Assembly (NCBI GenBank): GCA_965207065.1
Contig: OZ242260.1
Location: forward strand, 2,176,001-2,240,000
Origin: a bacterium
Lineage (GTDB): Bacteria > UBA8248
Direction: 5' to 3'
Length of the DNA stretch: 64,000 nucleotides
The notes below the pieces were generated by a model. It saw nothing but the letters and a program-made list of their open reading frames with translations. It ran no database searches and was not told the origin of the DNA. Positions 39,401 through 48,412 of the stretch are shown here, in pieces; position 1 is the stretch's first letter, and the number at the start of each line of letters is the position of its first letter. Position numbers and translations under genes: made by a program.

Positions 39401-40741
39401 GGTGAACTCGCCTCGCGGGTCGGTCTCGCGCGCTCGGACGTCGAGATCGCCCTGGCCGCCCTCGAGGGAGAGGGAGCGGTTCTGCGGGGCCGCTTCGCCC
39501 GCCTTGCGCCCGAGGCCGAAATCGAATGGTGCGACCGCGTGTTGCTCGCCCGCATCCACCGCATGACGCTGGGCAAGCTGAGGCGCGAGATAGAGCCCGT
39601 GACGGCGGCGGATTTCGTCCGCTACCTGCTGAGGTGGCAGCACGTGCACGAGGACGCCATGCTGCACGGGCGCGACGGCGTGCTGGAAGTGGTTCGCCAG
39701 CTACAGGGGCTGGAGCTTCCTGCGCCCGCCTGGGAGGAGCAGATTCTCCCGGCGCGCATCAAGAACTACGACGCAGCCGATCTGGAGGCGCTTTGCCTCT
39801 CGGGCCTCGTCGCGTGGGGGCGCCTGCGCCCCGGCGCTCCGCCCGAGCCGCTTGAAGAGCCTGCGAACGGGAGCCGATCCCGGGCGACCCAGAAGGCGCA
39901 GCCTTCGCGCCGCGCGCTCCTGGCCTTCCTGATGCGAGAGGAGGTGGGACTGTTCCTGAAACCCCGCGAAGCGGAAGAGGCCTGGCGGGGGAATCTCTCC
40001 AGGGCCGCTCTCGAAATACTCGATTTCCTTAAAAGTAGGGGAGCGTCATTCCTCGCCGACATCACGGTGGCGACGGGCAGGCTCAGGACCGAGGCTGAAG
40101 AGGCGCTCTGGGAACTCGTCGCGCGCGGCCTGGTGACGGGCGACGGCGTGGCGGGCCTAAGGGCGCTGATAGCGGGCGCGAACGAGAAGAAAAAGGGCGA
40201 ACGCAGGCTGCGCGCCCTGCCGGGGGGAAGGGCCATATCGCGCGAGGCGAAAAACCGGTTCATGCCCGTGGGCCGCTGGTCGCTCTGGGGGAGCGCTGCC
40301 GCCCCGCTCGATGAGGAGGCGCACCGCGAGGCCCATGCGCGGCAGTTGCTTAAAAGATACGGCGTCGTGCTGCGTGAACTGGCCGTGCGCGAACCTACGG
40401 CGCCGCGATGGCGCGAAATGGTGCGGGTGTTCAGACGCCTGGAAGCCAGGGGCGAGATTCGGGGCGGGCGTTTCGTATCGGGCTTCATGGGCGAGCAGTT
40501 CGCCCTGCCAGAAGCGGTGGAAGCCCTGCGCGCCGTCCGCAAGATTCCCGCGCGGGGCAAGCCCACCATCGTCCATGCGAGCGACCCCATGAATCTGACG
40601 GGCGTCATCACGCCGGGACCCAAGATTTCGGCCAGGTCGCGCGAGGTCATCCTCTACCGCGACGGCCTCGTGGCCGACAGCGGCCCCCTCGGCGAAGTGC
40701 GGAGCCGGATGCGGAATGAATCGCTGACGGGCGGGGGGTGA
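36416..40741 (+). CDS. lhr: Lhr-family SF2 helicase, long form
   Basis: APTGTGKT, DEIH, SAT, ATASLELGID and QRVGRSGH; C-terminal domain with RGGRFV.GF.GEQFALP. Confidence 0.92.
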   Translation: MEKHSFHPLIARWFREKFAEPSAPQDAGWPEIATGRDTLIAAPTGTGKTLAAFLWSLDGLVRDALAGELEDACRVVYISPLKALGNDIQKNLQEPLSEIRALAKKEGVELPEIRVAVRSGDTPARERRLMLKKRPHILITTPESLYILLTAERSRKVLESARAVIVDEIHAVAGDKRGAHLALSLERLDALCGERIQRIGLSATQKPIDEIARLLVGAERREEDGAPDCAIVDVGHKREMSLAVEVADQDIGPIASHEYWAEVFDRIAAHIESHRTTIVFVHTRRLAERVSHRLTERLGEGRVAAHHGSLSRKIRLDAEERLKSGALSAIVATASLELGIDIGHVDLVCHLGAPRTLASLLQRVGRSGHWKGAIPKGIVFPMTRDELLQSAAAIRSVRGGALDRVIFPEAPLDILAQQMVAEAAAQEEVEEEALWSLIRRAQPYGALTRDVFEDVLEMLTEGISTSRGRRTAYLHRDRVNALLKPRRGARLCAITSGGAIPDTADYDVIEGAAETFVGKVNEDFAIESNAGDIFLLGNHSWRVKRVERGKVRVEDAEGLPPNIPFWLGEAPSRTAELSESVSSLRSELAERLTEPAEAMRWMREECGLCAQGASQILDYVRETVRVLGRVPTQGEIIAERFFDEAGGMQLVIHSPFGGRINRAWGHTLRKRFCLTFDFELQAAATDDGIVLSLSSQHSFPLESIFGYARLASLKKDMLQSALQSPMFANRWRWNATRALALPRHSGGKKVPVAIQRMRAEDLLAAVFPAQLACQDNHHGPIEPPDHPLVNETVDNCLTEAMDIESLRNLIRDVENGRIKTYGVETPAPSPMSHEILNANPYAFIDDAPLEERRSRAVPLRRALPDDAESARLDPAVIEEVCEQARPAPRDADELHDALLSLCALPVEEAGEWSAWMDELVACNRVAKAVWAADGAQREGWVPAERMALMRAAIPGVRLTPDKIPFQGDDGQPPAQDEAVLAIVRGWTEASGPVTAGELASRVGLARSDVEIALAALEGEGAVLRGRFARLAPEAEIEWCDRVLLARIHRMTLGKLRREIEPVTAADFVRYLLRWQHVHEDAMLHGRDGVLEVVRQLQGLELPAPAWEEQILPARIKNYDAADLEALCLSGLVAWGRLRPGAPPEPLEEPANGSRSRATQKAQPSRRALLAFLMREEVGLFLKPREAEEAWRGNLSRAALEILDFLKSRGASFLADITVATGRLRTEAEEALWELVARGLVTGDGVAGLRALIAGANEKKKGERRLRALPGGRAISREAKNRFMPVGRWSLWGSAAAPLDEEAHREAHARQLLKRYGVVLRELAVREPTAPRWREMVRVFRRLEARGEIRGGRFVSGFMGEQFALPEAVEALRAVRKIPARGKPTIVHASDPMNLTGVITPGPKISARSREVILYRDGLVADSGPLGEVRSRMRNESLTGGG

Positions 40742-40760
40742 AGTAGATAATCAACTGCAG

Positions 40761-41354
40761 TGACAGGCCCCCGTGCCTGTCCTGACGAGGGACAACCACA
40801 GGGGGTTGTCCCTACGGATGCGAAATTCATCGTTATTGGTTTTGTATATATCTTTCTCGATGGTTTGAAATCACTCCCCCTTGAGGGTCGGGCATCCCGA
40901 GGGGAATGCCCGATGAAAAAGGCCTTGAGTGGGTATAGGCAACCCCCTTGAAAGGGAAACCCCATAAAGGCAACCCCCCCTACCCCCCCTTGTCAGGGGG
41001 GTATAAAAAAAGGCGATGCGCCCCCGCCGGGCAGAGGGGGTATTGGTTTTTCTTGCCCCCCTGACAAGGGGGGGTAGGGGGGGTTGGTTTTACCGTCGAG
41101 CGGGGCGTCTCCTCTATCCCCGAAAATGCCCAAAGAGGGAGGACTCACCGTCATTCCGGCGAAAGCTGGAAGCCATTTTTGCGCCTTTTGTCTTTCGTCG
41201 GGGTTCCCACGCATCGGCGGGGAAGGAAACGCCGCCGTTCATTCATTCGCATCCGCAAATGGATTCCGGCTTTCGCCGGAATGACGAACAAAACCGCACT
41301 GCCTCGTAAGGACAGGTCGCGACCTCGGACAGGCGCAGGGGCCTGTCTCTACGG
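40761..41354. repeat. mosaic of at least four palindromic repeat families between convergent genes
   Basis: GTAG-type doublet (~40762-40817), CCCCCTTGAGGG unit (~40873-40921), long inverted pair CCCCCCTTGTCAGGGGG / CCCCCTGACAAGGGGGG (~40972-41086), CGTC-type pair CGTCATTCCGGCGAAAGC / GCTTTCGCCGGAATGACG (~41149-41286) and a further GTAG-type unit (~41310-41353). Confidence 0.85.
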
Positions 41355-41378
41355 ACGAGAAACTATCTCCTCCCACCC

Positions 41379-41408
41379 AAAAGAAAACCCCGGTGGCTGG
41401 CACCGGGG
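41379..41408 (-). terminator. intrinsic terminator of the class II cytochrome c gene
   Basis: Minus-strand CCCCGGTG-5 nt loop-CACCGGGG followed by TTTTCTTTT. Confidence 0.8.
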
Positions 41409-41432
41409 CTTCCCTGTATCTCTGATGCGCCG

Positions 41433-41978
41433 CTATCTTTTCTTCTTCTTCCGGAACGACTTGTGGCATGCGCCGCATTGCCTGCCGATGAGGCCCACCG
41501 CCTTCTTGATGGCCCCGGGGCCGCCCTTGTAGTGGATTTGCGCCAGGACGGCGGCGTTCGCGGCCAGGCCGTCCGCGATGAGTCCGAATTTCGCCTTTTC
41601 CTTCCAGATGGCGGCGGTCGATGTCGTCTTGCCCGCCAGGGTGTTCTTTTTGAAAGCCTTTTTGATCTTGCTCGCCTTCTTGTACATGTCGCCTGCGGCC
41701 TGGCGCACCTGCTCCTCGACCACCCAGCCGCTGCCTTGCTTCATCGCGGCTCTCAGGCGCTTCATGTCGGCGCCGATGCCGCGCATGAGTTTCTTGCGCG
41801 CCTTCACGGCTGCCTCGTCGCCCTTCATCATCTTTTTGTCCTTCATGGCCATTTTCTTCTTTTTCATGGCCATCTTGTCGCCTTTCTTGCCCATCATCTC
41901 GTCGCCGGCGCAACCTGCGACGAGCGCGCCCGCCAAGGCCAGGACGGCCAGGCTTATGAATGCGTTTTGTTTTTTCAT
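41433..41978 (-). CDS. class II cytochrome c (c'/c556-like) lipoprotein with a Met/Lys-rich linker
   Basis: Lipobox LVAGC, C-terminal CGACH, helical RKKLM segment and IW..K.KF motif. Confidence 0.85.
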   Translation of the reverse strand: MKKQNAFISLAVLALAGALVAGCAGDEMMGKKGDKMAMKKKKMAMKDKKMMKGDEAAVKARKKLMRGIGADMKRLRAAMKQGSGWVVEEQVRQAAGDMYKKASKIKKAFKKNTLAGKTTSTAAIWKEKAKFGLIADGLAANAAVLAQIHYKGGPGAIKKAVGLIGRQCGACHKSFRKKKKR

Positions 41979-42221
41979 GACCGGATTTCCCCCACTAAAT
42001 CAGAAACGAAAAAGACAATCAGGCGGAACTGTATAAAACCCTCTTGCGCGGAGCGCTTGAAAACCAAGTATGGGCGGTGGGTTTGCTCCACTTCACCTTG
42101 TATGGCCTCATATTAGCCCAAAAGAGACCCGGCGGCCAGTCCTGGAAATGGGGGTCAATCGCGACTGATGAAGGAGCGATTGCTGCGGACCAGGAAAACA
42201 ATAATACGCAAACCCTTCCGC

Positions 42222-42384
42222 CTCGGGGCTGCCCCACAGGTCGTGACCTCTCACTGCAATCCCTGTTGCCTTGTACCGTAGGGGCGGACCTGCGTGTCCG
42301 CCCGAAATGTTATTGAATGAGATATCGTGGTTATTACTTTCATTCCGGCGAAAGGCGGGCGGACACACGGGTCCGCCCCTACGA
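42222..42384. repeat. GTAG-type REP doublet plus degenerate repeat copies
   Basis: GTAGGGGCGGACCTGCGTGTCCGCCC (~42278) inverted against GGGCGGACACACGGGTCCGCCCCTAC (~42357). Confidence 0.8.
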
Positions 42385-42610
42385 AACCTGAATCGAAGAT
42401 CACCCACATCTCCCACCCGCCGGGCGGGCGTTGATCCCGAAGGCCATTTATGAAACCTTGGAAACTCCCGAGGGATTCATGGAGTCCTGGTTTCAATTCC
42501 GGCGCGGGCCGGTTGACGAGGAGACACGAGAGTCGCCGCGAGGTTTGCGGCGCGTAATCCTTATTTCATTTGCCGCCGGGCGGGCGGCCCCATTTGCGAA
42601 AGGAGCGGAC

Positions 42611-42904
42611 ATGGGCGCATACGTGGTCGGACACATCACCGTCAAGGACGAAGAGGGGTTCAACAACTACGCCGAGCAGGGGCTCGCAATCGTCGCCTCC
42701 GTCGGGGGCGAGGTGGCGGCGAGCGGACAGCTCGTGAAGGTGCTCACCGGCGAGCACGACAGGCAGATGTTCGTCCTCCTGAAGTTCCCCGACCAGGAGG
42801 CGGTGGAGAAATGGTATTACTCGGACGGTTACCAGGCCCTGATTCCGGGCCGCAACGAGGCGGTGGACATCACGTTCATCTCCTATGACGAGCCGGAGGA
42901 GTAA
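42611..42904 (+). CDS. DUF1330-family small protein
   Basis: AYVV..I.V.D...Y..GG..FP..E...WY.S..YQ.L...R pattern; AGGAG RBS. Confidence 0.85.
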   Translation: MGAYVVGHITVKDEEGFNNYAEQGLAIVASVGGEVAASGQLVKVLTGEHDRQMFVLLKFPDQEAVEKWYYSDGYQALIPGRNEAVDITFISYDEPEE

Positions 42905-43092
42905 GCGCAAACCGAGGGAGCGGGCGTGGGCGTTCCGGCCCGCGCCCGCTCTTCTCGTCCAGCCCCGAATCAGCACTCGATTCGCCGCCTCCATGAGAGC
43001 CCCGGCTTTCGCCGGAATGACGAAACTACTCCCGCGCAAGAACGGCGCGGGCGGTTCGCGACCTGTCCCTGCAGGCTCTGGTACGTAATTCC

Positions 43093-43911
43093 CTATTTTT
43101 TCCCGGCGGCGGCCGGTCTGGGCGCGGCCAGCGCCAGGGCGGAAGGCGCCCTGCGGAGGCTCAGCATGTAGACCGTGAGCGCTTCGAGATCCTCCGGCTT
43201 CAAATGGCCGTAGGCGGGCATGGCGGAACCGGGCGAAACCTTCTGCGGAAACTTGAAGTGTTCGATGTGCCACTTGGGGTCCTTCCGGCGCTCCCCCGCA
43301 AACGTCAGGTCGGGCCCGACGACCCCGCCGGCGCCCCTGATCTTGTGGCAGGCGAGACAGCCGTTCATCAGATACAGCAGCTTGCCCCTCTGGATGAGGG
43401 GGGCGTCTTTCAGGGCGCCCGCGTGGCAAGGGCCGCAGCTGGCCTGGATGAACCCGCCCCGCAGCAGCGGCTCCTCCCAGAACGGCACTTCTCCGTGGGC
43501 GTCCTGAACGCTCGTCGCCCGCCCCTGGCCCTGGTGGCACACGGTGCAGCCGAACTGCTCGAAGGGGTGCAGCGGGATGGTGGGATGCCTGGCGAAAGGC
43601 TGATCGGCATCCTTGAAAGCCGGGTGCTCGACCCCCCTGTGGCACATGACGCACCTGTCCACGCGCTCGCCTCCGGCCACGATGATCTGCTCGAACTGGT
43701 CCCCGCCCGACAGGGCGGCCTTGCGCTCCTCCTCGGTTCCGGCTCTTTCGACGAGCAATTCACGGAACGTCCGCTGGTAGCCCCGCCATTCACGGTCGTA
43801 GTCCTTCCAGACGGACAGCAGAAAAAACAGGGCCGCGCACACGCTCAGGGCGGCGAAGGCGACCACCCAGCCGAACGGCACATGGGAATCGTTGTGATTT
43901 GAATTCGCCAT
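43093..43911 (-). CDS. membrane-anchored tetraheme cytochrome c of a Rieske/cyt b complex
   Basis: N-terminal TM helix; CVMCH, CTVCH, CGPCH and CLACH; GPDL and PGSAMP in the last domain. Confidence 0.9.
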   Translation of the reverse strand: MANSNHNDSHVPFGWVVAFAALSVCAALFFLLSVWKDYDREWRGYQRTFRELLVERAGTEEERKAALSGGDQFEQIIVAGGERVDRCVMCHRGVEHPAFKDADQPFARHPTIPLHPFEQFGCTVCHQGQGRATSVQDAHGEVPFWEEPLLRGGFIQASCGPCHAGALKDAPLIQRGKLLYLMNGCLACHKIRGAGGVVGPDLTFAGERRKDPKWHIEHFKFPQKVSPGSAMPAYGHLKPEDLEALTVYMLSLRRAPSALALAAPRPAAAGKK

Positions 43912-43923
43912 TCGTCATCCGCC

Positions 43924-45420
43924 TCAGTGCAGACCCGTTGCCTGCCACGGCCATATCCAGGCCCAGTTGGCGCCGCGGAAATAAAGCCCGATGAACGTGT
44001 AAATCAGATAAGACGTCAGAAAATAAGAATACAGGGCCAGGGCCCCCATCCGGCTCGACCCCGTCCGCCGCCAGATGTAGAGCGAACCGACCGCGAAGAG
44101 GACGATCAGTATGGTCCCCGGATTCAGGAGGTCGACCCATATCTGCGAGGCGCCCGGAACCAGCTTCCGCACCGCGTAGTGCTCGTTCAGGTAGGTCAGG
44201 ACGATTACGACCGGAATGATGACCAGTATCGACCAGAGCGTGATCCGCCGGCCCTGGCCCGAGGTGAACCAGGTTCCCTGGCCCTCGGGATTGCGGTCGA
44301 TGTAGGGAATGGTCATGAGCCCGATAATCGCGGCGGCGGGAACGATGACGCCTCCCGCCAAAGCGGAATAGCTCACGATTTCCTGAAGCCCGAGAAAGTA
44401 CCAGGGCGCCTTGGCGGGGTTGGGCGGATGGTCCGGGTTGGCCAGCTCCTCCAGAGGCGCGTCGAAAAAGTAGGCGACGACGGAGAGGACGGCCACCACT
44501 CCCACGAAGACGACCAGCATCCGGAAAACCGTGTGAGGCCAGCTCATGACCTCTTCTTCCGGCGCCTGGGAGTCGACCATGGGTGTTCTGCCCTCGGCCA
44601 GTTCCACGAGCATGTATGTCTTGTGCGGCGAAAAAGCCGCCGCTTCGCCCGGGGCGGCCTCCGAGGGTGACGCGGGCGGCCGGGAGAGGCCTCCGTCCTT
44701 GCGAATCCGCCAGAAATGGACGCCCATGAGGATCATCATGATTCCCGGCAGGAGTATGACGTGCATGACGTAGAACCGGATCAGCGCATTCTGCCCCACC
44801 GTATCGCCCCCGAGCATCAGCGTGCGGATGTATTCTCCGACCAGCGGCGGATAGCTGGCGATGCTCGACCCGACGGTGATGGCCCAAAACGCGAGCTGAT
44901 CCCAGGGGAGGAGGTAGCCCGTGAAGCTCATCATCAGGGTCGCCCCCCAGAGGAGCACCCCGATGACCCAGTTGAACTCGCGGGGCGCCTTGTAGCTGGC
45001 CGTATAGAACACGCGGCACATGTGCAAGAAGACGACGGCGACCATCGCGTGAGCGGCCCAGCGATGGAGATTCCGCAGGACGACGCCGTAGGAGACGACG
45101 AATTCCAGGTCCTTCATGTCGCTGTAGGCGCGCTCGGTCGAGGGGACGTAGAAGAACATGAGCAAAGCGCCGGTGCCCAGAAGGATCACGAAGAGGAACA
45201 GGGAGATGATGCCGAGTCCCCAGGTATAGGTAGGTTTCAGGCTGTGAACGTGCGTTCGCGCGGGAAGGACGTGCAGGAAGAAATTCGAGAACATGACGGC
45301 CGCGCGATCCAGATCGTTGTCCGGATAGCCCCTGCGGAAGATCGAACGGACGACGCGGTTGTCCGTAAGCCACGATACGGCTTTCTTGCGCCCTGTTTCC
45401 TTAGGGGATTCGGTGACCAT
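43924..45420 (-). CDS. cytochrome b (b6-like N-terminal part fused to subunit IV-like part)
   Basis: Heme ligands in LHRWAAH..FLHM.RVF and [21 protein letters not shown]; Qo motif APWYF. Confidence 0.93.
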   Translation of the reverse strand: MVTESPKETGRKKAVSWLTDNRVVRSIFRRGYPDNDLDRAAVMFSNFFLHVLPARTHVHSLKPTYTWGLGIISLFLFVILLGTGALLMFFYVPSTERAYSDMKDLEFVVSYGVVLRNLHRWAAHAMVAVVFLHMCRVFYTASYKAPREFNWVIGVLLWGATLMMSFTGYLLPWDQLAFWAITVGSSIASYPPLVGEYIRTLMLGGDTVGQNALIRFYVMHVILLPGIMMILMGVHFWRIRKDGGLSRPPASPSEAAPGEAAAFSPHKTYMLVELAEGRTPMVDSQAPEEEVMSWPHTVFRMLVVFVGVVAVLSVVAYFFDAPLEELANPDHPPNPAKAPWYFLGLQEIVSYSALAGGVIVPAAAIIGLMTIPYIDRNPEGQGTWFTSGQGRRITLWSILVIIPVVIVLTYLNEHYAVRKLVPGASQIWVDLLNPGTILIVLFAVGSLYIWRRTGSSRMGALALYSYFLTSYLIYTFIGLYFRGANWAWIWPWQATGLH

Positions 45421-45429
45421 GATGACGGC

Positions 45430-45930
45430 TCAGATATTGAAATGCTCGGACGGGGCGACGACTTTGCGCGTATCGACCACGACGCGGCCATCCGGCGATT
45501 TCGTTATGTGGAAGAAGTCGAGCCCCCGAGGCGCAGGCCCCCCGAGCACCTGTCCCCGCCCGTCGAAAGTGCTGCCGTGGCACGGGCACCTGGCCCTCAA
45601 AATATCCGGAGATGCCCCCGGCGCCCCGACGAAGGGGGTAATCACGCAACGAAGATGGGGACAGACGGCCGTGCAGGCCCGGAACCCGTCCTTTTCACGA
45701 AACAGAACGATTTTCTTGTCGGCGAAAAACGTGATGGACCCCACGGTGTATTTCTCCAGGGCGTCGAGTTTCAGAACCGACTCGCCCTCATAAACGACGT
45801 TGGGGAACAGGAAGCGGACGTTGGCGAGGACCGGACCCAGCAGGGAAATCAGAAAGGAAACCCAGCCGAGGCCCAGGAGCATACGTCGCCGGGGGGTCTG
45901 TTCATCCATGCCCGCGCTCATGTCATCCAA
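45430..45930 (-). CDS. Rieske [2Fe-2S] subunit
   Basis: Tat-like RRRML anchor, CPHLRC and CPCHGSTF, and GPAPRGL. Confidence 0.93.
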   Translation of the reverse strand: MDDMSAGMDEQTPRRRMLLGLGWVSFLISLLGPVLANVRFLFPNVVYEGESVLKLDALEKYTVGSITFFADKKIVLFREKDGFRACTAVCPHLRCVITPFVGAPGASPDILRARCPCHGSTFDGRGQVLGGPAPRGLDFFHITKSPDGRVVVDTRKVVAPSEHFNI

Positions 45931-47968
45931 GCTCCACCCATTCTTCCTGGAAAGAAAAATTCTCGATGGTGACGGCGCCCGTGGGACAGCGCTGGGCGCA
46001 GAGCGAACAACGGATACACTTGTCCGGGTCCATGATCATGGCCGCGCCCCTCTCTACGGCGTCCCCGGCGGACGTTCCAAAGCGGGCCTGTACCAGAGCC
46101 GCCAGGTCCTCTCCTCCCTGCAGGGCTTCGAGGGGAACCATTCGCAGGCAGCGCGACGGGCAGACGTCCACACAGCCGCCGCAGAGGATGCACTTCGCGC
46201 CGTCGAAGATCGGGTTCGCGCTGCAGCGCAGACACCGAAGTCCCTGATCGACCGCTTCCCCGGGCGAATAGCCCAGTTCCACCTCGGCGACGCCGATTCT
46301 GCGCTCGATGGGCAGGGCGTCGGGATTTCGCCGAGACACTTTCTGGTATCCGGGGTTGACGATGGGAAGGGAAAACCCGTCCCCCGGCTCCTGGAGCAGC
46401 GCCTGCTGCAAGGGCTCGACAGAGGCCCACTGAAGATTTGTCTGGACGCCTGCCTGACCACCCGAGAGATAGGTGTGGATTGAGCGGGCGGCCCGGTGGC
46501 CGTTCTCCACGCCCTCGATGAAGATACGGGGGCCCATGGCGACGTCCCCGCCCGCGTACACGCCCGGAGCGGTCGTGGCCAGGGTTTCGGAGTCGACGCG
46601 AATGGTCCCGCGCGGCGTCGTCTCGACGCCGTCCTCCTCGCTGATCCAGGAAAGGTCGGAAGCCTGGCCGACGGCCACGATCACCGAATCGCACGGAATC
46701 ACGCGCTTGCTGTCCGGTTCGAATTCGGGGCTGAAGCGGCCCTCCTCGTCGAAGACGCGGGTGCACGTCTGGACTTCCAGCCCGACCACCCGGCCCTCTT
46801 TCTCCACGATGCGGACCGGCCCCACCCGGGGCTCGAGATCGATCCCCTCTTCGAGCGCCTCTTCAATCTCGAAGTCCGCCGCCGGCATCTCGTCGCGGGA
46901 TTCCAGGCAGATGACGTGGACGTTCCTCGCCCCCACGCGCATCGCCTCGCGGGCCACGTCCATCATCTCGCGCATGAGGACGGCGTCTTCCGTTTGATCG
47001 GCCGCGCTCGGGGAGGCATCTGCCTCGCCGGCCACCCGGGCGGCGACCCGGGCGGCGTCCATGGCCACGTTTCCCCCGCCGATCACGACGACGCGCTCGC
47101 CCAGTTCGACGCGGAAGTTCAGATTCACGTTCAGCAGGAATTCGACGGCCCGGAAAACGCCGTCCGCATCCTGGCCCTCCATGGGAAGAGAGCGGCTCAC
47201 ATGCGCGCCGATGGCGATGAACACCGCCTCGAAGCCTTCCTCGCGAAGGGTGGAGAGGTTGAAGTCCCGCCCGATGGCCTTGTTCACCCGAAGGTCCACG
47301 CCCAGGCTTAAGATGGCCTGAATCTCGGCCTGAACGAGATCGCGCGGAAGGCGGTATTCGGGAACCCCGAGCATCAGCATGCCTCCGGGGACGCCCTGTT
47401 TTTCGAAAACGCTTACGTCATAGCCGAGCAGGGCGAGATCGTGCGCGCAGGTCAGCCCCGCCACGCCCGAGCCGACGACGGCCACCTTTCGCCCCGCCGT
47501 TTCCACCCCCCCGGGCTTGCGGCGGGCCGCTTCCAGCACGGAGAAATCGTTGATGGTGCGCGTGGAGGGCTGAAAGCGGAGGTCGCGCATACTCCTGAGG
47601 CTGCGGTGCGAGAAGGAGGATTCCCCCTTGCCGGACGCCAGATCGGCCTCCACCCCGTAGCGCTCCGTCACGAATCGCTTGAGCGCACGGATGGCCACCG
47701 GCGCATCGATGTTGCCGCGGCGGCAGGCGGCTTCGCACGGCGCCGCGCAGACGCGCCCGCAAACCGACGCGAAGGGGTTGGGGCCCCGGGCGATGATGTA
47801 CGCGCGCTCGAAGTCTTCCTCTGAGATGGCGGTCACGTAACCCCGCGCGTCGGTATGGACGGGACACGCATCCTGACAGCAAATCGTTTTCCGCCAATGG
47901 TCGTGGCCGGGCAACTCGACCCGAAAGGAGCGCCCGGGAGGGAAGGGGTCCCGATTCGCTGAGTCCAT
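45923..47968 (-). CDS. cytoplasmic FAD/NAD(P)-dependent Fe-S oxidoreductase (GltD/NfnB-like) with C-terminal 2[4Fe-4S] ferredoxin
   Basis: CQDACP and CGRVC..PCE.AC, GSGVAG, GGGNVA, RCLRC, CILCGGCVDVCP and CIRCSLCAQRCP; no signal peptide. Start placed at ATG 47968. Confidence 0.9.
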   Translation of the reverse strand: MDSANRDPFPPGRSFRVELPGHDHWRKTICCQDACPVHTDARGYVTAISEEDFERAYIIARGPNPFASVCGRVCAAPCEAACRRGNIDAPVAIRALKRFVTERYGVEADLASGKGESSFSHRSLRSMRDLRFQPSTRTINDFSVLEAARRKPGGVETAGRKVAVVGSGVAGLTCAHDLALLGYDVSVFEKQGVPGGMLMLGVPEYRLPRDLVQAEIQAILSLGVDLRVNKAIGRDFNLSTLREEGFEAVFIAIGAHVSRSLPMEGQDADGVFRAVEFLLNVNLNFRVELGERVVVIGGGNVAMDAARVAARVAGEADASPSAADQTEDAVLMREMMDVAREAMRVGARNVHVICLESRDEMPAADFEIEEALEEGIDLEPRVGPVRIVEKEGRVVGLEVQTCTRVFDEEGRFSPEFEPDSKRVIPCDSVIVAVGQASDLSWISEEDGVETTPRGTIRVDSETLATTAPGVYAGGDVAMGPRIFIEGVENGHRAARSIHTYLSGGQAGVQTNLQWASVEPLQQALLQEPGDGFSLPIVNPGYQKVSRRNPDALPIERRIGVAEVELGYSPGEAVDQGLRCLRCSANPIFDGAKCILCGGCVDVCPSRCLRMVPLEALQGGEDLAALVQARFGTSAGDAVERGAAMIMDPDKCIRCSLCAQRCPTGAVTIENFSFQEEWVELG

Positions 47969-47978
47969 GCTCGCGACC

Positions 47979-48365
47979 CTATTTCGCCAGCGAGCGCATG
48001 AATGCGACCAGGTTCTGGAGGTCGGCGTCCGAAAGAACACCGCCCCAGGGTGGCATCAACGGTGATTTCCCTACCGCGACCCCGCCCAGCTTGGTGATCT
48101 TGGCGATATACTCGTCCGTTATGGTCTTCATGTATTTGGCGTCCGTGTGGTTTCGCGGCTTCGGGTTGAGCGCCTTGGCTGCGACGCCGTCTCCCTTGCC
48201 CGTTACACCGTGGCAGGAGGCGCAAAGCTGCTGGTATTTGACCTTGCCGGCTGCAACGTCGCCTTTCTGCTGAGCAGCGCTGTCACCTGCGGACGAGAAA
48301 AAGAGCGCCACAGCGAGCACCGGGCCTGTGCAGATGATAAATCTTCTCGATCGAGACATTCGCAT
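47979..48365 (-). CDS. periplasmic monoheme class I cytochrome c
   Basis: Signal peptide, CASCHG..GKGDG and distal Met in LMPPW. Confidence 0.92.
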   Translation of the reverse strand: MRMSRSRRFIICTGPVLAVALFFSSAGDSAAQQKGDVAAGKVKYQQLCASCHGVTGKGDGVAAKALNPKPRNHTDAKYMKTITDEYIAKITKLGGVAVGKSPLMPPWGGVLSDADLQNLVAFMRSLAK

Positions 48366-48412
48366 TCAACCTCCCTCGCGGTTCTGCGGGCTTGTGTAAA
48401 CTTCCACCTCCG

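Noticed and set aside
35340-40741. CBASS or other defence system (patatin plus helicase)
   Set aside because: No cyclase or other defence genes; Lhr is a widespread repair helicase separated from the patatin by a REP doublet.
45923-47968. Glutamate synthase small subunit gltD
   Set aside because: No gltB nearby, an extra ferredoxin domain, and overlap with a Rieske gene.
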